NCBI GenBank assembly: GCA_964016885.1 | Contig: OZ024741.1 | Coordinates: 356,004,001-356,068,000, forward strand | Length of the DNA stretch: 64,000 nucleotides | Reading direction: 5' to 3' | From: Eledone cirrhosa | Taxonomy: Eukaryota | In this document: one piece after another, positions 20,186-35,415 of the stretch | How positions within the stretch are numbered: position 1 is the stretch's first letter | How the letters are laid out: every line of letters starts with the position of its first letter | Translations under genes and position numbers: made by a program | Notes under the pieces: generated by a model | Seen by the model: only the letters and a program-made list of their open reading frames with translations | Told to the model about the DNA's origin: nothing | Databases searched by the model: none

Positions 20186-23100
20186 GAGAGTATTGAAGTT
20201 TGCTTGAAGCATTGTGGAATAATAGGTAAATATCTTTAAGTCGTTTGGAAGCCTCGACAATGCAAATGGGTAAATCTCCAGGTAACAAGATCCGGTGGTG
20301 GAAAGAGAGATGTAAGTGGGTGTACGTTGAGATGCGTGGTGTGTATAAAACGTGTAGAAGAATGAAGGAAAGAGTATAAAGGATAAAATAAAAATAAGAA
20401 CACGAGAGAGAGTTACCTTGGGAGAGATTTAATTGTCCCTATATATTTCGGATTCACATCCATCAACTGGGGGTTTTTTCCGGGGTGGGGGAAAGGTTGT
20501 CTGTCGGAAAGGTGCGAAACGCGTCCTCCGCTGTTTGTTGTTATGAATATCTGAGATATTCAGCAGAGCGCGCGTGCGCGTGAAATGGGGTCGGTCGGGC
20601 AGAGGTCAGCGGCCGAATGTGGGAGTGGGGTGGTGCTAGCTGTCAGTCCATTCTCTGCCTGTTTGTTAAATGTTACTGTGTGTGTCTGTGTGCGTGTGTT
20701 GTTGTCTCGCTTGAGTGTGTGTGTGTGTGTTGTTGCCTTGTTCCTCTGTATTGGCAGTGTAGTATGTTCGTATGGTGGAATGCTACTGTGTGTGTGTGTG
20801 CGTGTGCGTGGTAGTTGGCTCGTTTGTGTGTGTGAGTGTTGCTGCTTCGTTTGTTAACTTAAACCAACCACCTCATTTCGCTTCTCTCGGATCGATTGTT
20901 TATTTGCGGTGCAAGGCGTTTGATAAAAAACGCTTCCTTGATACGTAACGTGCCGACGTTTCTTTCAGTCGCTAGAATTGTGACAATGGGCCTTCCGTCT
21001 TTGTTTCCGCATTTGTCTATGTGTTTCCGGAAAGACGAGGCCTTGGTTTTAGTGTGTTCCTTGATCCGGATGTGCAAAGGTCGGATTGTGCTACCTATAT
21101 AGTATTGGTTGCACCTGTCACATTCTATCTTATACACGACGTATGTGCGTAGGCAACAGTTCGCATTGCGTATCGGGCAGGCTCTGAGGGAGCACGCGTC
21201 AGTAGATTTCCCGGGTTTCCTGGAGAGGCATCTTCGCAGGGAGGGGCCCGAGTGGGCCAGTTGGATGTTGAGGCCCTCCCTCCGTATAGCCTTGCGGATA
21301 GCGTTGGTTGTATTCTCGCCCAGGTGTGGCATTTTAAGGAAGCACTTGCCTTGGGTGCCTCTCTGTCTCTTGTGTTTGGTGTCTACTACTCTGTCTGTGA
21401 GCGAGGTAGGGTACCCGTTCGTCTCCAGCACCTCGAGGAATCGCTTGGCACGAGTGACACCACTCGCGGGATCGTTGCATCTGTTTTTTATTCGCGCGAT
21501 CTCGTTCGTGATGTATCCTCTTTTGGCACTGTTAGGGAGGGCGGACTTGTAGTGAATGAACAGGTCCCTGCAGGCTGCCTTTCGGTAGAAGTTGCAGTGG
21601 ATCCTTCCCTGTTCCGTGATGTTGATTCGGAAGTCGAGGAGGGCAAGTGACCCGTCTTCGTTGGGGTGTTCAACACTGAAGTCAATGTTCTCGTCCGTCT
21701 TGTTGAACGTCTCATAGATTCTGTTCGCCGTGTCTTGGGAATATGTGAGAATGAGGATATCGTCCACGTACCTTGAGAAAAAGGCGACGGCGTTGGGGTG
21801 GCAGGCGTTGAGTGCCTTGCGCTCGAGGTTGTCCATGTAAGAGATCGCTAGCACACCCAACAGGCTTGATCCCATGGGCAATCCCGAGGTTTGTTGGTAT
21901 GTTTGGTCAAGGAATGCGAAGTAGGTATTGTCGACGACGATGGATAGGAGTTGGTGGATGTCAGTGGTGGTGAGCTCGAAGCAGTGTAGGTCGGTGGATT
22001 GGACGCGTTCCATCAGTATATTGACGGCCGGGAGTGCCGGGACCGAGGTGTAGAGAGCGACTACATCAAGGCTGAAGGCATATCTGTTATTCCTTCTGGT
22101 GTCGGAATCCATTTGATGCAGGCGCTTCAACACCTCCTCGGAGCTGTTAACGTGTCCCGGCAAGGTGTCTAAGATGGGTTTGAGTATTCTGGCTAGGAGC
22201 CATGAAATTTTGTAGAGTGGTCCCTCCACGCTCGATACAATGGACCTGATCTTCAGGTTGGGTCCCTGTTTATGTGTTTTCACGAGGTGGTAGAAGGCAT
22301 GTAGTCTGCTGTTCCTCGTGAGGAGGTTGTATCTCATCTTCTTCGGGAGCTTCCGCCGGTCGCAGATGTTGGTCCAGGCGGCGTTGATGTGCTCTTCTAT
22401 CTGCGCGGGAGTGATTCCCGTGACCTTGGAGTAGAGGTTGTCATCGTCAAGGTGTTGGAGGGCCAGGGTGTTGTAGGCCTCTCTGCTGATGACGCAGAAT
22501 TCTTTTCCCTTGTCGGAGGGGAGATAGATGAGGTTCTTCGATTTTAGGTTGGAGAGAGTGGTGAGTTGAGATTTGGTGAGGTTATGTGTTGTGCGTGTGT
22601 GTGTGTGTTTGTGAAGTATATCCGAGATGGAGTGTTTTAGACTGATGAGTTTAGTGTCGAGTTCGTGGTTGGTGGGTGGGGGTGGAGTGGGTTATCGGGG
22701 TGGTAAGTGGGGAACTTGGGGTGGGTTGCGTGGGCGCTGTTATTATCTGTGGCGCTGTTGATGGCGGTCACCGATTTAAGTTGGTAAGCGGCTCGACAAA
22801 AGTTGGCCTCGATGTTGAGTTTGAGTCTGTCGTCGAGACGTTGTGAGACGATGAACTTGGGTCCGAGGTGTAGGAGTTTCAGCTCGTCGCTCGTGAGAGT
22901 GCCGGTTAGGTCGGTGACCAGGTGCGTCGCATCGTTGAGGTGTGGATCGGTGTTGGTGAATGCGGCGGTGACGGTTAAGTTGTTGTTTTCCACGTGGTTC
23001 TGGTCTGTCTGTTCGTTAGTGTCAACAAGATCCACTCATATTTTCGCTTGAGCCGTTTTTTCTCGTATTGGACTCTGGAGTGGTAGCACTGGTCGATTGC

Positions 23101-23755
23101 TTTAGTGATTTTCAGGAGAAAATCCCCGGGTGCTATTGGCAGTCGATGTGTCCGCTCTGAGAGTGTCCGCTTATGGACGTGTAATTGGCGGTTGAGATGA
23201 CTCAGGATCTGTTTAATACACGTGCGATGTATGCGGTTAGTGGTGTTTTGGAAAGCTGGTGTACGTAGGCTTACTGGTAAGCGGATGTTCCTGATGGTGT
23301 TGGGGATGACATCGTTTTTTAGACAGCGTTTCAGGAAAATAATTTGACAGCCAGCATTGGCCCATTTCTCCGACAGTCTAAACAGTTCCCTTGCGGATGC
23401 AAACAATTCCTGGCTCAGGTGTAAGGATAAGAGAGTATTGAAGTTTGCTTGAAGCATTGTGGAATAATAGGTAAATATCTTTAAGTCGTTTGGAAGCCTC
23501 GACAATGCAAATGGGTAAATCTCCTGGTAACAAGATCCGGTGGTGGAGAGAGAGATGTAAGTGGGTGTACGTTGAGATGCGTGGTGTGTATAAGACGTGT
23601 AGAGGATGAAGGAAAGAGTATAAAGGATAAAATAAAAATACTAATTAAAATAATACGGTTTGCCTGTCTCGATTTAAAATAATAAATCAATAAAAACAAA
23701 CCTATATTGAAAACTATTTGAGTTTATAACTCCATATATGAGTAAAAGACTATTT
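20186..23755 (-). mobile_element. Essentially full-length PLE (YVDD-type RT plus GIY-YIG) with direct terminal duplication
   Basis: ORF from MLQANF (~23457) via two frameshifts (~23000, ~22680) to 20859; LGPKF, PSDKGK, SLDVVALY, GLPMGS, RYVDD, VYKIECDRCNQYYIGST; 23431-23635 duplicated at 20186-20395; degenerate HHR at 20437-20473. Confidence 0.93.
20859..22620 (-). CDS. PLE reverse transcriptase plus GIY-YIG endonuclease (uninterrupted part)
   Basis: 492-aa ORF extends open upstream of 22337 ([20 protein letters not shown]). Confidence 0.85.
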
Positions 23756-23756
23756 G

Positions 23757-23834
<78 letters not shown>

Positions 23835-23838
<4 letters not shown>

Positions 23839-23888
23839 TAAATTTGTTTGACATTTTAAGGTGCCTCCATTATTTTGTCCAACCCCTG
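23835..23888. mobile_element. Solo Tc1-like TIR fragment
   Basis: Reverse complement CAGGGGTTGGACAAAATAATGGAGGCACC next to TA. Confidence 0.45.
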
Positions 23889-24103
23889 TATATATATAAA
23901 TATATATCTTTTCCTGAGTCCTGTATTTTCGTTGCTCTGGTGATGCGGCTGGACTGCCGATCGCTATATTTGATTTGCTAAGCTGTCTAAACGTATTGTT
24001 ATTACTCTGGGGTACTTTTCCCCATCCGAGTGCTAAAGCTACATACCGAATTTGCATTCGTTAGCTTGGCCACGAACTAAAGCTTCGTTAATGCTGTACT
24101 AAA

Positions 24104-24176
<73 letters not shown>

Positions 24177-24179
<3 letters not shown>

Positions 24180-24529
24180 TATTTTCCGTTGTGTTGTAAT
24201 ATAAATATTACACACAGTAGATTATCAGCTCACGTAGAGTTTGCTCGACGGTTCCAGTTGTAGTTCCAAAAGTAATCCGGAGAAAAATAGAAAGATTTGA
24301 ATGGATACAGTTTAGTTGAAAGGAATTTATTGACACGTGTTTCTATAACAGTTACATAACCTAAAACAGCTGCTATCTACAAACTTTTAGTTATGCAGAC
24401 ATATGCATTGAAATATTGAATGTCTGCATAACTAAAAGTTTGTAGATAGCAGCTGTTTTAGGTTATGTAACTGTTATAGAAACACGTGTCAATAAATTCC
24501 TTTCAACTAAACTGTATCCATTCAAATCT

Positions 24530-24535
<6 letters not shown>
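24177..24535 (-). mobile_element. Fold-back pLTR fragment carrying only the 3' half of an HHR
   Basis: 24287-24401 inverted at 24420-24535; GAAA-CACGTG-TC motif in both arms. Confidence 0.7.
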
Positions 24536-24584
<49 letters not shown>

Positions 24585-24739
24585 GTATATATATGTATAA
24601 AGTTCGATGTTTTTCTACTACCAGCAAAGAGTTTAATCCGTACGGTGTTAGCAATTAAATTTTGATCAGGAAATAGAAGATATACTCGCCCACAAAACTT
24701 TGCTTTTTACCAATGAGTTTAAAAACCTGATCTAGAAGA

Positions 24740-25050
24740 TTATTTAATGTCTCAATTGGCTCGCACGTCAGTACTGTGTACGACCTGGTTGGATTATATG
24801 TTTCACTAAATCAAGAACACAATCTCTAGCCACGCAGTTGCTTTATACCGAGACGATGACCTAATTTGTTCGCACAAATGGCCATACCTTGAATCAATTT
24901 CCAAAAGATTTAGTAGATACTTTTCGTAACCTATGATTAAAGAACGGTGTAGATACTAACCTCTGTAAAACCAATTTCCTAGATGTAAACTTAGACTTGA
25001 CTTCAGGTATTTATAGATCGTTGCAGAAGATTAGTACAAACTTAACTATG
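24740..25050 (+). pseudogene. Decayed YRDD-type PLE RT fragment
   Basis: DLVGLY..LYRDDDL..NFLDVNLDL, homologous to 14768-15070. Confidence 0.7.
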
Positions 25051-25431
25051 TTTTTTGAAATATTTATAATTTTGAATAATCAATAATCTTTGTTACATGA
25101 TATCACCACTAAACATTATTGTATATATTTTCATTAAATATTTAGACCTCCGAAGGTACAACTTTTCTTTTGGGTTTGCTGAATCCTAGGTCATTGTATT
25201 TAAAGTGCTTCTGAAGATGTACAATATATTTAATAATGCTTTGTTATACTCAATATTCTTTACCTCCTAAACTAAATTGAAATAACATAAGCATTAGTTA
25301 AATGATATCTACTGAAACATTTTTAAAGCTATTAAATGGTTTAAGAAATCTACTCTGTCATCTCATTTTGTTATATGTGCTCTATGTTATTATATGTCTT
25401 CTATTCTTAAAACAGTGTTTCCTCTATAATG

Positions 25432-25672
25432 CAGGGGCGGTGGAACAGTCAGGGGGCATTTCCCCACCCCCAATAATTATATTTTCTCCTTAAACTACCA
25501 AAACACATTTCTATTTATATATGCGCTACAATTTATGTACATGTTATGTTTATCGCATATCAAAGTCTTTTTATACCTTGGTTGAAATTTGTTAATAACA
25601 GCTAAACTAATCACTACATCTAAATTGATCAAATTTGCCTCCCTCCAATTCAGAAATGTATCCACCGCCTGT
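25432..25672. mobile_element. Short MITE (possibly hAT-like); second decayed copy at ~43010-43220
   Basis: Imperfect TIRs CAGGGGCGGTGGA / TCCACCGCCTGTG; shared interior aaactaccaaaa..gcgctacaatttatgtacatg. Confidence 0.55.
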
Positions 25673-25759
25673 GTAATGATATTAACACATTCAGCTTTAA
25701 AATATTATTACTTTACTTGGATTAACTACACATATATATGCGCGCACATACACACACAT

Positions 25760-25788
<29 letters not shown>

Positions 25789-25790
<2 letters not shown>

Positions 25791-28026
25791 ACGAAGGAAA
25801 TGTGGTAAGGAACCAGGTGGACCATAACGCACCAAAGTACTCAATACTTGAGGTAGTAGAGTGGGTAATAGGAACCAGTAAGACCCCGACAGCTGAGCTC
25901 AAGCCGTTTCGACGGCTAATTCTGGACTATTTAAATAGCCGATCTTCTCAAGGGGTAATTCCATATGGTAGAGAAGTCAATGTTGTGTTTTCGCATGGTG
26001 CGGGTGAAATGAATTGAGCTTAGCGGAAAAGTCTGGATACGGCGTGGTAGGGTCGGAAAGTGCTCTACTACGGGAGTAGGAGCTAGATAACGAAGGAAAT
26101 GTGGTAAGGAACCAGGTGGACCATAACGCACCAAAGTACTCAATACTTGAGGTAGTAGAGTGGGTAATAGGAACCAGTAAGACCCCGACAGCTGAGCTCA
26201 AGCCGTTTCGACGGCTAATTCTGGACTATTTAAATAGCCGATCTTCTCAAGGGGTAATTCCATATGGTAGAGAAGTCAATGTTGTGTTTTCGCATGGTGC
26301 GGGTGAAATGAATTGAGCTTAGCGGAAAAGTCTGGATACGGCGTGGTAGGGTCGGAAAGTGCTCTACTACGGGAGTAGGAGCTAGATAACGAAGGAAATG
26401 TGGTAAGGAACCAGGTGGACCATAACGCACCAAAGTACTCAATACTTGAGGTAGTAGAGTGGGTAATAGGAACCAGTAAGACCCCGACAGCTGAGCTCAA
26501 GCCGTTTCGACGGCTAATTCTGGACTATTTAAATAGCCGATCTTCTCAAGGGGTAATTCCATATGGTAGAGAAGTCAATGTTGTGTTTTCGCATGGTGCG
26601 GGTGAAATGAATTGAGCTTAGCGGAAAAGTCTGGATACGGCGTGGTAGGGTCGGAAAGTGCTCTACTACGGGAGTAGGAGCTAGATAACGAAGGAAATGT
26701 GGTAAGGAACCAGGTGGACCATAACGCACCAAAGTACTCAATACTTGAGGTAGTAGAGTGGGTAATAGGAACCAGTAAGACCCCGACAGCTGAGCTCAAG
26801 CCGTTTCGACGGCTAATTCTGGACTATTTAAATAGCCGATCTTCTCAAGGGGTAATTCCATATGGTAGAGAAGTCAATGTTGTGTTTTCGCATGGTGCGG
26901 GTGAAATGAATTGAGCTTAGCGGAAAAGTCTGGATACGGCGTGGTAGGGTCGGAAAGTGCTCTACTACGGGAGTAGGAGCTAGATAACGAAGGAAATGTG
27001 GTAAGGAACCAGGTGGACCATAACGCACCAAAGTACTCAATACTTGAGGTAGTAGAGTGGGTAATAGGAACCAGTAAGACCCCGACAGCTGAGCTAAAGC
27101 CGTTTCGACGGCTAATTCTGGACTATTTAAATAGCCGATCTTCTCAAGGGGTAATTCCATATGGTAGAGAAGTCAATGTTGTGTTTTCGCATGGTGCGGG
27201 TGAAATGAATTGAGCTTAGCGGAAAAGTCTGGATACGGCGTGGTAGGGTCGGAAAGTGCTCTACTACGGGAGTAGGAGCTAGATAACGAAGGAAATGTGG
27301 TAAGGAACCAGGTGGACCATAACGCACCAAAGTACTCAATACTTGAGGTAGTAGAGTGGGTAATAGGAACCAGTAAGACCCCGACAGCTGAGCTAAAGCC
27401 GTTTCGACGGCTAATTCTGGACTATTTAAATAGCCGATCTTCTCAAGGGGTAATTCCATATGGTAGAGAAGTCAATGTTGTGTTTTCGCATGGTGCGGGT
27501 GAAATGAATTGAGCTTAGCGGAAAAGTCTGGATACGGCGTGGTAGGGTCGGAAAGTGCTCTACTACGGGAGTAGGAGCTAGATAACGAAGGAAATGTGGT
27601 AAGGAACCAGGTGGACCATAACGCACCAAAGTACTCAATACTTGAGGTAGTAGAGTGGGTAATAGGAACCAGTAAGACCCCGACAGCTGAGCTCAAGCCG
27701 TTTCGACGGCTAATTCTGGACTATTTAAATAGCCGATCTTCTCAAGGGGTAATTCCATATGGTAGAGAAGTCAATGTTGTGTTTTCGCATGGTGCGGGTG
27801 AAATGAATTGAGCTTAGCGGAAAAGTCTGGATACGGCGTGGTAGGGTCGGAAAGTGCTCTACTACGGGAGTAGGAGCTAGATAACGAAGGAAATGTGGTA
27901 AGGAACCAGGTGGACCATAACGCACCAAAGTACTCAATACTTGAGGTAGTAGAGTGGGTAATAGGAACCAGTAAGACCCCGACAGCTGAGCTCAAGCCGT
28001 TTCGACGGCTAATTCTGGACTATTTA
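25789..28026 (-). repeat. 299-bp x 7.5 tandem array with one HHR per unit (retrozyme-like)
   Basis: Exact 299-bp period; only one variant seen (27096, 27395); (TA)n on both sides. Confidence 0.95.
25871..25962 (-). ncRNA. Type I HHR, U3:A8 core (repeated every 299 bp: 26170, 26469, 26768, 27067, 27366, 27665; partial at 27964)
   Basis: GGAAUU-ACCCC-UUGAGAA-GA(U)CGGCUA..UAGCCGUC-GAAA-CGGCU ugagcuc AGCUG-UC/GGGGU-cuuacu-GGUUCC. Confidence 0.9.
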
Positions 28027-28035
28027 GGGTATGAC

Positions 28036-29160
<1,125 letters not shown>

Positions 29161-29351
29161 CATTCATGATTTTCAGCAAACAGGTGGAGTAGTTAGCTTT
29201 GATAAGTACCAAAAAGTACGAAACAGAGCTCTCTCAGCTTTATCTCCCCTGTTTACTGAAAATTTAAATAAGTGAGACTGTCACTACTCTAAAACAATAG
29301 CGTAAGGTCTTCCAAATGCTTTTAATTAAGCATACAGTGTATTGCAATATA

Positions 29352-29392
<41 letters not shown>

Positions 29393-29396
<4 letters not shown>

Positions 29397-30265
29397 GAGA
29401 TGAAATCGAAAATGCAACTGGAGTCTTATTTTTTTTTTAAATATATATATTTATTTGGTTCCTTTACCGGTTTCGCAGTTCTTCTGCTTTTCAAAAGGTG
29501 AGTTGAGATGGAGGGTCTGTGGTTTTTCTCACATCGTCCTCAGCTAACACAGGTCTGAAAGGTCGTAAAAGTGACCCGTATGTACGCTGGTGTGAAGGTG
29601 AAACTGTACAAAGTGAAACTGTACAGTAAGGGCCATTTGAATAGGTAAATATTTATATTATATTTTTTAATTTTGATTAATTTTAATTTTAAATTAATTT
29701 TGATTTATTTTGAAAAATTGGTTGAATTTTACTTGTTCTGTTTATCTTGATATTAAGTTCTGGTATATCAAATTATTACCATATAACCACCTTGAATCAT
29801 AGACAACCTATGTATTTCTGGGGGTACCTTGTACCCTTAGACATATTAACTTTATTCATTATTCTCCGTTATGTAGAGAACAAATCTGTCGTTCTATCTA
29901 GCTGCTATTTTTTTAGTGGCGACTATAGACAACAAGTCTGTGATTTCCCGCCTTCACTTCACACCAGCGTACTTACGGGTCACTTTTACGACCTTTCAGA
30001 CCTGTGTTAGCTGAGAACGAGGTCATATATTTTATCGTTCCTGAGGTTTTTAACCCTAGGAAAGGAAAATGCTTCTCTGATGATCTTTGTTTTTCCATTA
30101 ATATCCATGTGATATCTAATGTTTTGCAAAGTGAAACTGTACAGTAAGGGCCATTTGAATAGGTAAATATTTATATTATATTTTTTAATTTTGATTAATT
30201 TTAATTTTAAATTAATTTTGATTTATTTTGAAAAATTGTTTGAATTTTACTTGTTCTGCTTATCT

Positions 30266-30270
<5 letters not shown>
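29393..30270 (-). mobile_element. Non-coding HHR-bearing element with internal direct (29609/30127) and inverted (29535-29600/29955-30020) duplications; tail copy at 44271-44413
   Basis: Direct sequence comparison; (TA)n flanks. Confidence 0.75.
29461..29498 (-). ncRNA. Minimal type I HHR, U3:A8 core (copy at 44344-44381)
   Basis: CCUU-UUGAAAA-GCAG aagaa CUGC-GAAA-CCGG-UA/AAGG. Confidence 0.85.
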
Positions 30271-30329
<59 letters not shown>

Positions 30330-30685
30330 TTCAAGAGCAACCAATCTTAAAGAGAGAGATGGAGATAGTAGAGGAGATATGAGAGGAGAGATTGGTGAGT
30401 TAGTTAGAAGCCAAAGCGTAAAGGCATGTGCTCAATGTGCAATATGAGTAGAAAGCAGCTAGGTGGCTGGGTTCATGCAGAAGTTAGGTGCGCAGAGCTG
30501 CAAATATTCATTAGTTAAGCAAAATGATCCCACAAACTTCACAATAATATTAATAATAATAATAATTATTATTATTAATATTATTATTATTATTCTCTAC
30601 ATTCCTTACATAAAACTAAAATATGTTGACAATCTTTTAATAATGTCTTCCTTGTGAAGTTTGTGGTCTTGTTTTGCTTAACTAA

Positions 30686-31611
<926 letters not shown>

Positions 31612-31631
31612 TATATATATCTATCTGTCTC

Positions 31632-31711
<80 letters not shown>

Positions 31712-31716
<5 letters not shown>

Positions 31717-33161
31717 AAATGACAGGAGGCTGGACTTGTGTAAATCCTTGAAAGGTTTATTATACTATGATCATTTCAATGACCGGGTTCCGTATGAATC
31801 CGGTGATATTATCAGGTATTCGAAATACAATAAATGAATGTAATAGGTAAAATCCATGGGGCTGGAACAGGAGGACGACCGACCATCTAGCATCTTCCAC
31901 TTTAGCCGGTCGCCCTCAAGTGCTGGCTATCCGGCCTCCTGGCGCATAGGCCTACCTTGAGTGCTTGGAAAGGTATATTTTTTCTTCTTTCGGTAAATGA
32001 AACTACTCGGAGTGGCTTGAATTGCCCCAGGGGCCCGGCGCGCAGCCGGTTTTTTTGACCGCCATATAGTACCTTTAAATTGGAGACCTAATCATAACTA
32101 TTAGATGTATCACGCCTCCCTCTACTTTAACAAATCCCCCTCCTGGGTAGATTAATAGTACTGGTTTGGTACAAGGATGGCCTAACGATGAGGGCTGACT
32201 TCCCACTGGCGCACCTGAAGCCTGTTATACATTCCTAGAGTGCTTGGAAAAATTGATTTCCGTATCTTTCGCTAGGCGATATCACCCGGAAGGGCTGACA
32301 CGCGGTAAGGTTGGGTCAACGGAGCCTGCAGTCGCCGCATGCTATTTGACTGCTAAACAAAGACATAATCTTTACTCTATAATACAATTTAAGTTTCTTC
32401 ATAAAAGACTCTTTCTTTACTTAAACCTCGCAACCAAAACCTTAAAAATTTTAAACTGTTTAATTTTCAATTTTCTAATTTCTTTAATTTTATAATGTTA
32501 ATATTAAATATTGAATGTTATTAACTTCATCCTATAGATCTAAACAAAAATTTAACGTTCAATCTTCTGCTCACACATTATAACATGCAGACCCCACCTC
32601 GGTTATAATATATACCTCTGTTAAGATACGGGTCCTTTAGAATACATTTTTTCGCGACATTCCTGGCCTGACTAGCTTGACATTAGTACGGACTTTTCTT
32701 CCTCTTCCTTTCTGTCTTTTTTCGTGTAGCATGATATTAACGCTGACTTATCTTCCTCTCCCTTTCTACCATATGGCCTCAAGTAGACCGAATAGCCAGC
32801 ACTTGAGGGCGACCGGCTAAAGTGGAAGATGCTAGATGGTCGGTCGTCCTCCTGTCTTTGATTTTCAGCCCCATGGATTTTACCTATTACATCCATTTAT
32901 TGTATTTCGAATACCTGATGATATCACCGGATTCATACGGAACCCGGTCATTAAAATGATCATAGTATAATAAGCCTTTCAAGGATTTACACAAGTCCAG
33001 CCTCCTGTCATTTTATTATAATATTTAACTCCGTACTAGCACCACCAACTACAAAAACGAAGACGGTTGAACTGCTTTACGTTGAGTACTCTCCATATTA
33101 TTACATTAAGATGGACCATACGGAATTGACCAGCTCTATCCAGTGGTGAACCTTCAAACCC

Positions 33162-33165
<4 letters not shown>
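31712..33165 (+). mobile_element. Non-coding PLE-like 3' end with ~220-bp inverted pLTR and HHR
   Basis: 31712-31930 inverted at 32790-33020; HHR at 32911-32968(+) has GAAA>AAAA; copy at ~31762-31819(-) has CUGAUAA; same family as 45655-46155. Confidence 0.78.
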
Positions 33166-33246
<81 letters not shown>

Positions 33247-33974
33247 TATATATTGTTTAATCGGTCCTCTCTGACAGGTTTTACCTTACAAACCATAGTA
33301 ACATCTGATCCTGTAAATACAATGTCGATCATATCACACCATCGCCACCACCACCACACATCGTCATATGTCTACCATCCACACCTGCAACCCTATTCCC
33401 CCATGTTCCCTCTGTCTACCCTAACATACAACCCCACGCTAAATTCGACCCTGTAAATGTACTGTCGCACACACGACCACCGCCACCACTAAATACATCC
33501 ACATACTTCAACAATCATTAACATCATTAAAATCATCAACACATATTATCCCTCACTCCCAGATCGACTGTGTTATATCCGCCCCCCGTCCGCCTTACCC
33601 TGTAACACACCATAACTTCTGATCATGTAATCATTTTGTCGAACATATCACCCCAGCACCACCACCATGACCACAACACACATCGCTATACGTCCATAAA
33701 CTCTTTTCCCCCGCAATCCCTATGTCACCTTTTAACCTGTAACCCATCGCACTATTCGATCCTATATATTTTTGTTGCTCACAACTCCACCACCACCACC
33801 ACAAGACACAACTCCATACTTCATCAACACCGCCAACACATACCTCCCCTCTCGAATAAACGCAAGTGTGTGTCTGTGTAAGTATGTTTTACATATACGG
33901 GCGTGTAGATATGCGTGCGTGTATGCATATATGTGTGTGTATATATATATATTTATGTAGAAGTTCTATTTAAA

Positions 33975-34392
33975 TTGTTGGGATACAACAAGCAAATATT
34001 TTTATAACTGATATAAAGCACTCAACAAATTATTGGAGTAAAAATACGATATATTAACAAATGGAAACTATGTTTATAAAACCATATTTATTTCATTATA
34101 CATATTTCTAGGACACCAAGTTAAATTATGGTGTGCTTTCATCAGATAAAATATAATATAGATCAGTTTCATAAATAAATATTGACATACCCTTAAAGAA
34201 TGCGACCATTTCTGAGCTTCCAACAGAAATGGTCGCATTCTTTAAGGGTATGTCAATATTTATTTATAAAACTGATCTATATTATATTTTATCTGATGAA
34301 AGCACACCATAATTTAACTTGGTGTCCTTGAAATATGTATAATGAAATAAATATGGTTTATAAATATAGTTTCCATTTGTTAATATATCGTA
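33975..34392. mobile_element. Fold-back pLTR pair with HHR-like cores (34293+ and ~34146-)
   Basis: Palindrome centred at ~34220 (aagaatgcgaccatttctg..cagaaatggtcgcattctt); same family as 2858-3062. Confidence 0.75.
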
Positions 34393-35082
34393 TTATATAT
34401 ATATTTATATATTTGTATATATATATATGTGTGTGTATGTGTATATGTATATGTATATATATGTGTGTGTGTATATGTGTGCGTATATGTGCGTGTATGT
34501 GTGTGTGTGTGTATACGCGTGTGTGTGTGTGTATGTGTATGTTTATGTATACGTGTGTGTGCGTGTATGTGCGCATATCCGTACGTGTGTATGAGTGTAT
34601 ATATGTGTATGTCTATATGTATAACACCATCTCCATTGGCTCTCACATTCCCTCCATCTTTGTCCTACGCCACCCCCTCAGATACTCCCCCATCCCCCAT
34701 ATGTGTCCGCACGCGCGCATGTACATACATGTGTGTATATATGCATATGGGTGTGTATGTGTGTGTGTACATATGTGTGGGCGCGGGGGTGTGTGTGTAT
34801 GTGGGTGTGTTCGTGTGTATATATGTCAATATATATGCGCATGTATACATATATGTGTGCATATATATATATATGTATACAACGTATTTGTCAGACGAAG
34901 AGCGTCTAGCTATGTATCTCCCCAAGGACTCGACACCACCAACACATCCACCACACCACCACAAACCGCACTACCGTATACACCAACACCACAACCACAC
35001 CCCACACACGCCAACCCGTCTACCGACAACCCACTAACCTCACACCACAGCCCATCCCAGTAAGCGACCATAACCACCATCT

Positions 35083-35305
35083 TATCATCACATCCACCCC
35101 CACATACACTACAGGCCAAGGCCAGCCCGCCACCACCACACCACAACCCATCACAGCCAGCAACCGTCACGAACATCTCATCATCACATCCACCCCCACA
35201 TACACTACAGGCCAAGGCCAGCCCGCCACCACCACAACCCATCACAGCCAGCAACCGTCACGAACATCTCATCATCACATCCACCCCCATATACACTACA
35301 GGCCA
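35083..35305. repeat. ~90-95-bp CA-rich tandem repeat x 2.4 in a PLE-type 3' UTR
   Basis: atcatcacatccacccccacatacactacaggcca recurs at ~35084, 35180 and 35271. Confidence 0.8.
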
Positions 35306-35415
35306 GTACATCCCTTTGACCCTTCCCACCAATCAAAACAACTCATTTTGTCAAACCCTTGAAATTCTGACTTTACCACATAGCATGTATTTCATTTTCT
35401 TATAACATTTTAAAA

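Noticed and set aside
25789-28026. CRISPR array or tandem 71-aa protein genes
   Set aside because: Units are identical throughout with no spacers; the short ORFs use non-ATG starts and show no recognisable domain; RNA structure explains the unit better
31712-33020. DNA transposon with 220-bp TIRs
   Set aside because: The arms carry HHRs, one arm extends into an unpaired tail, and the related copy at 45655-46155 has a different centre, fitting an inverted pLTR
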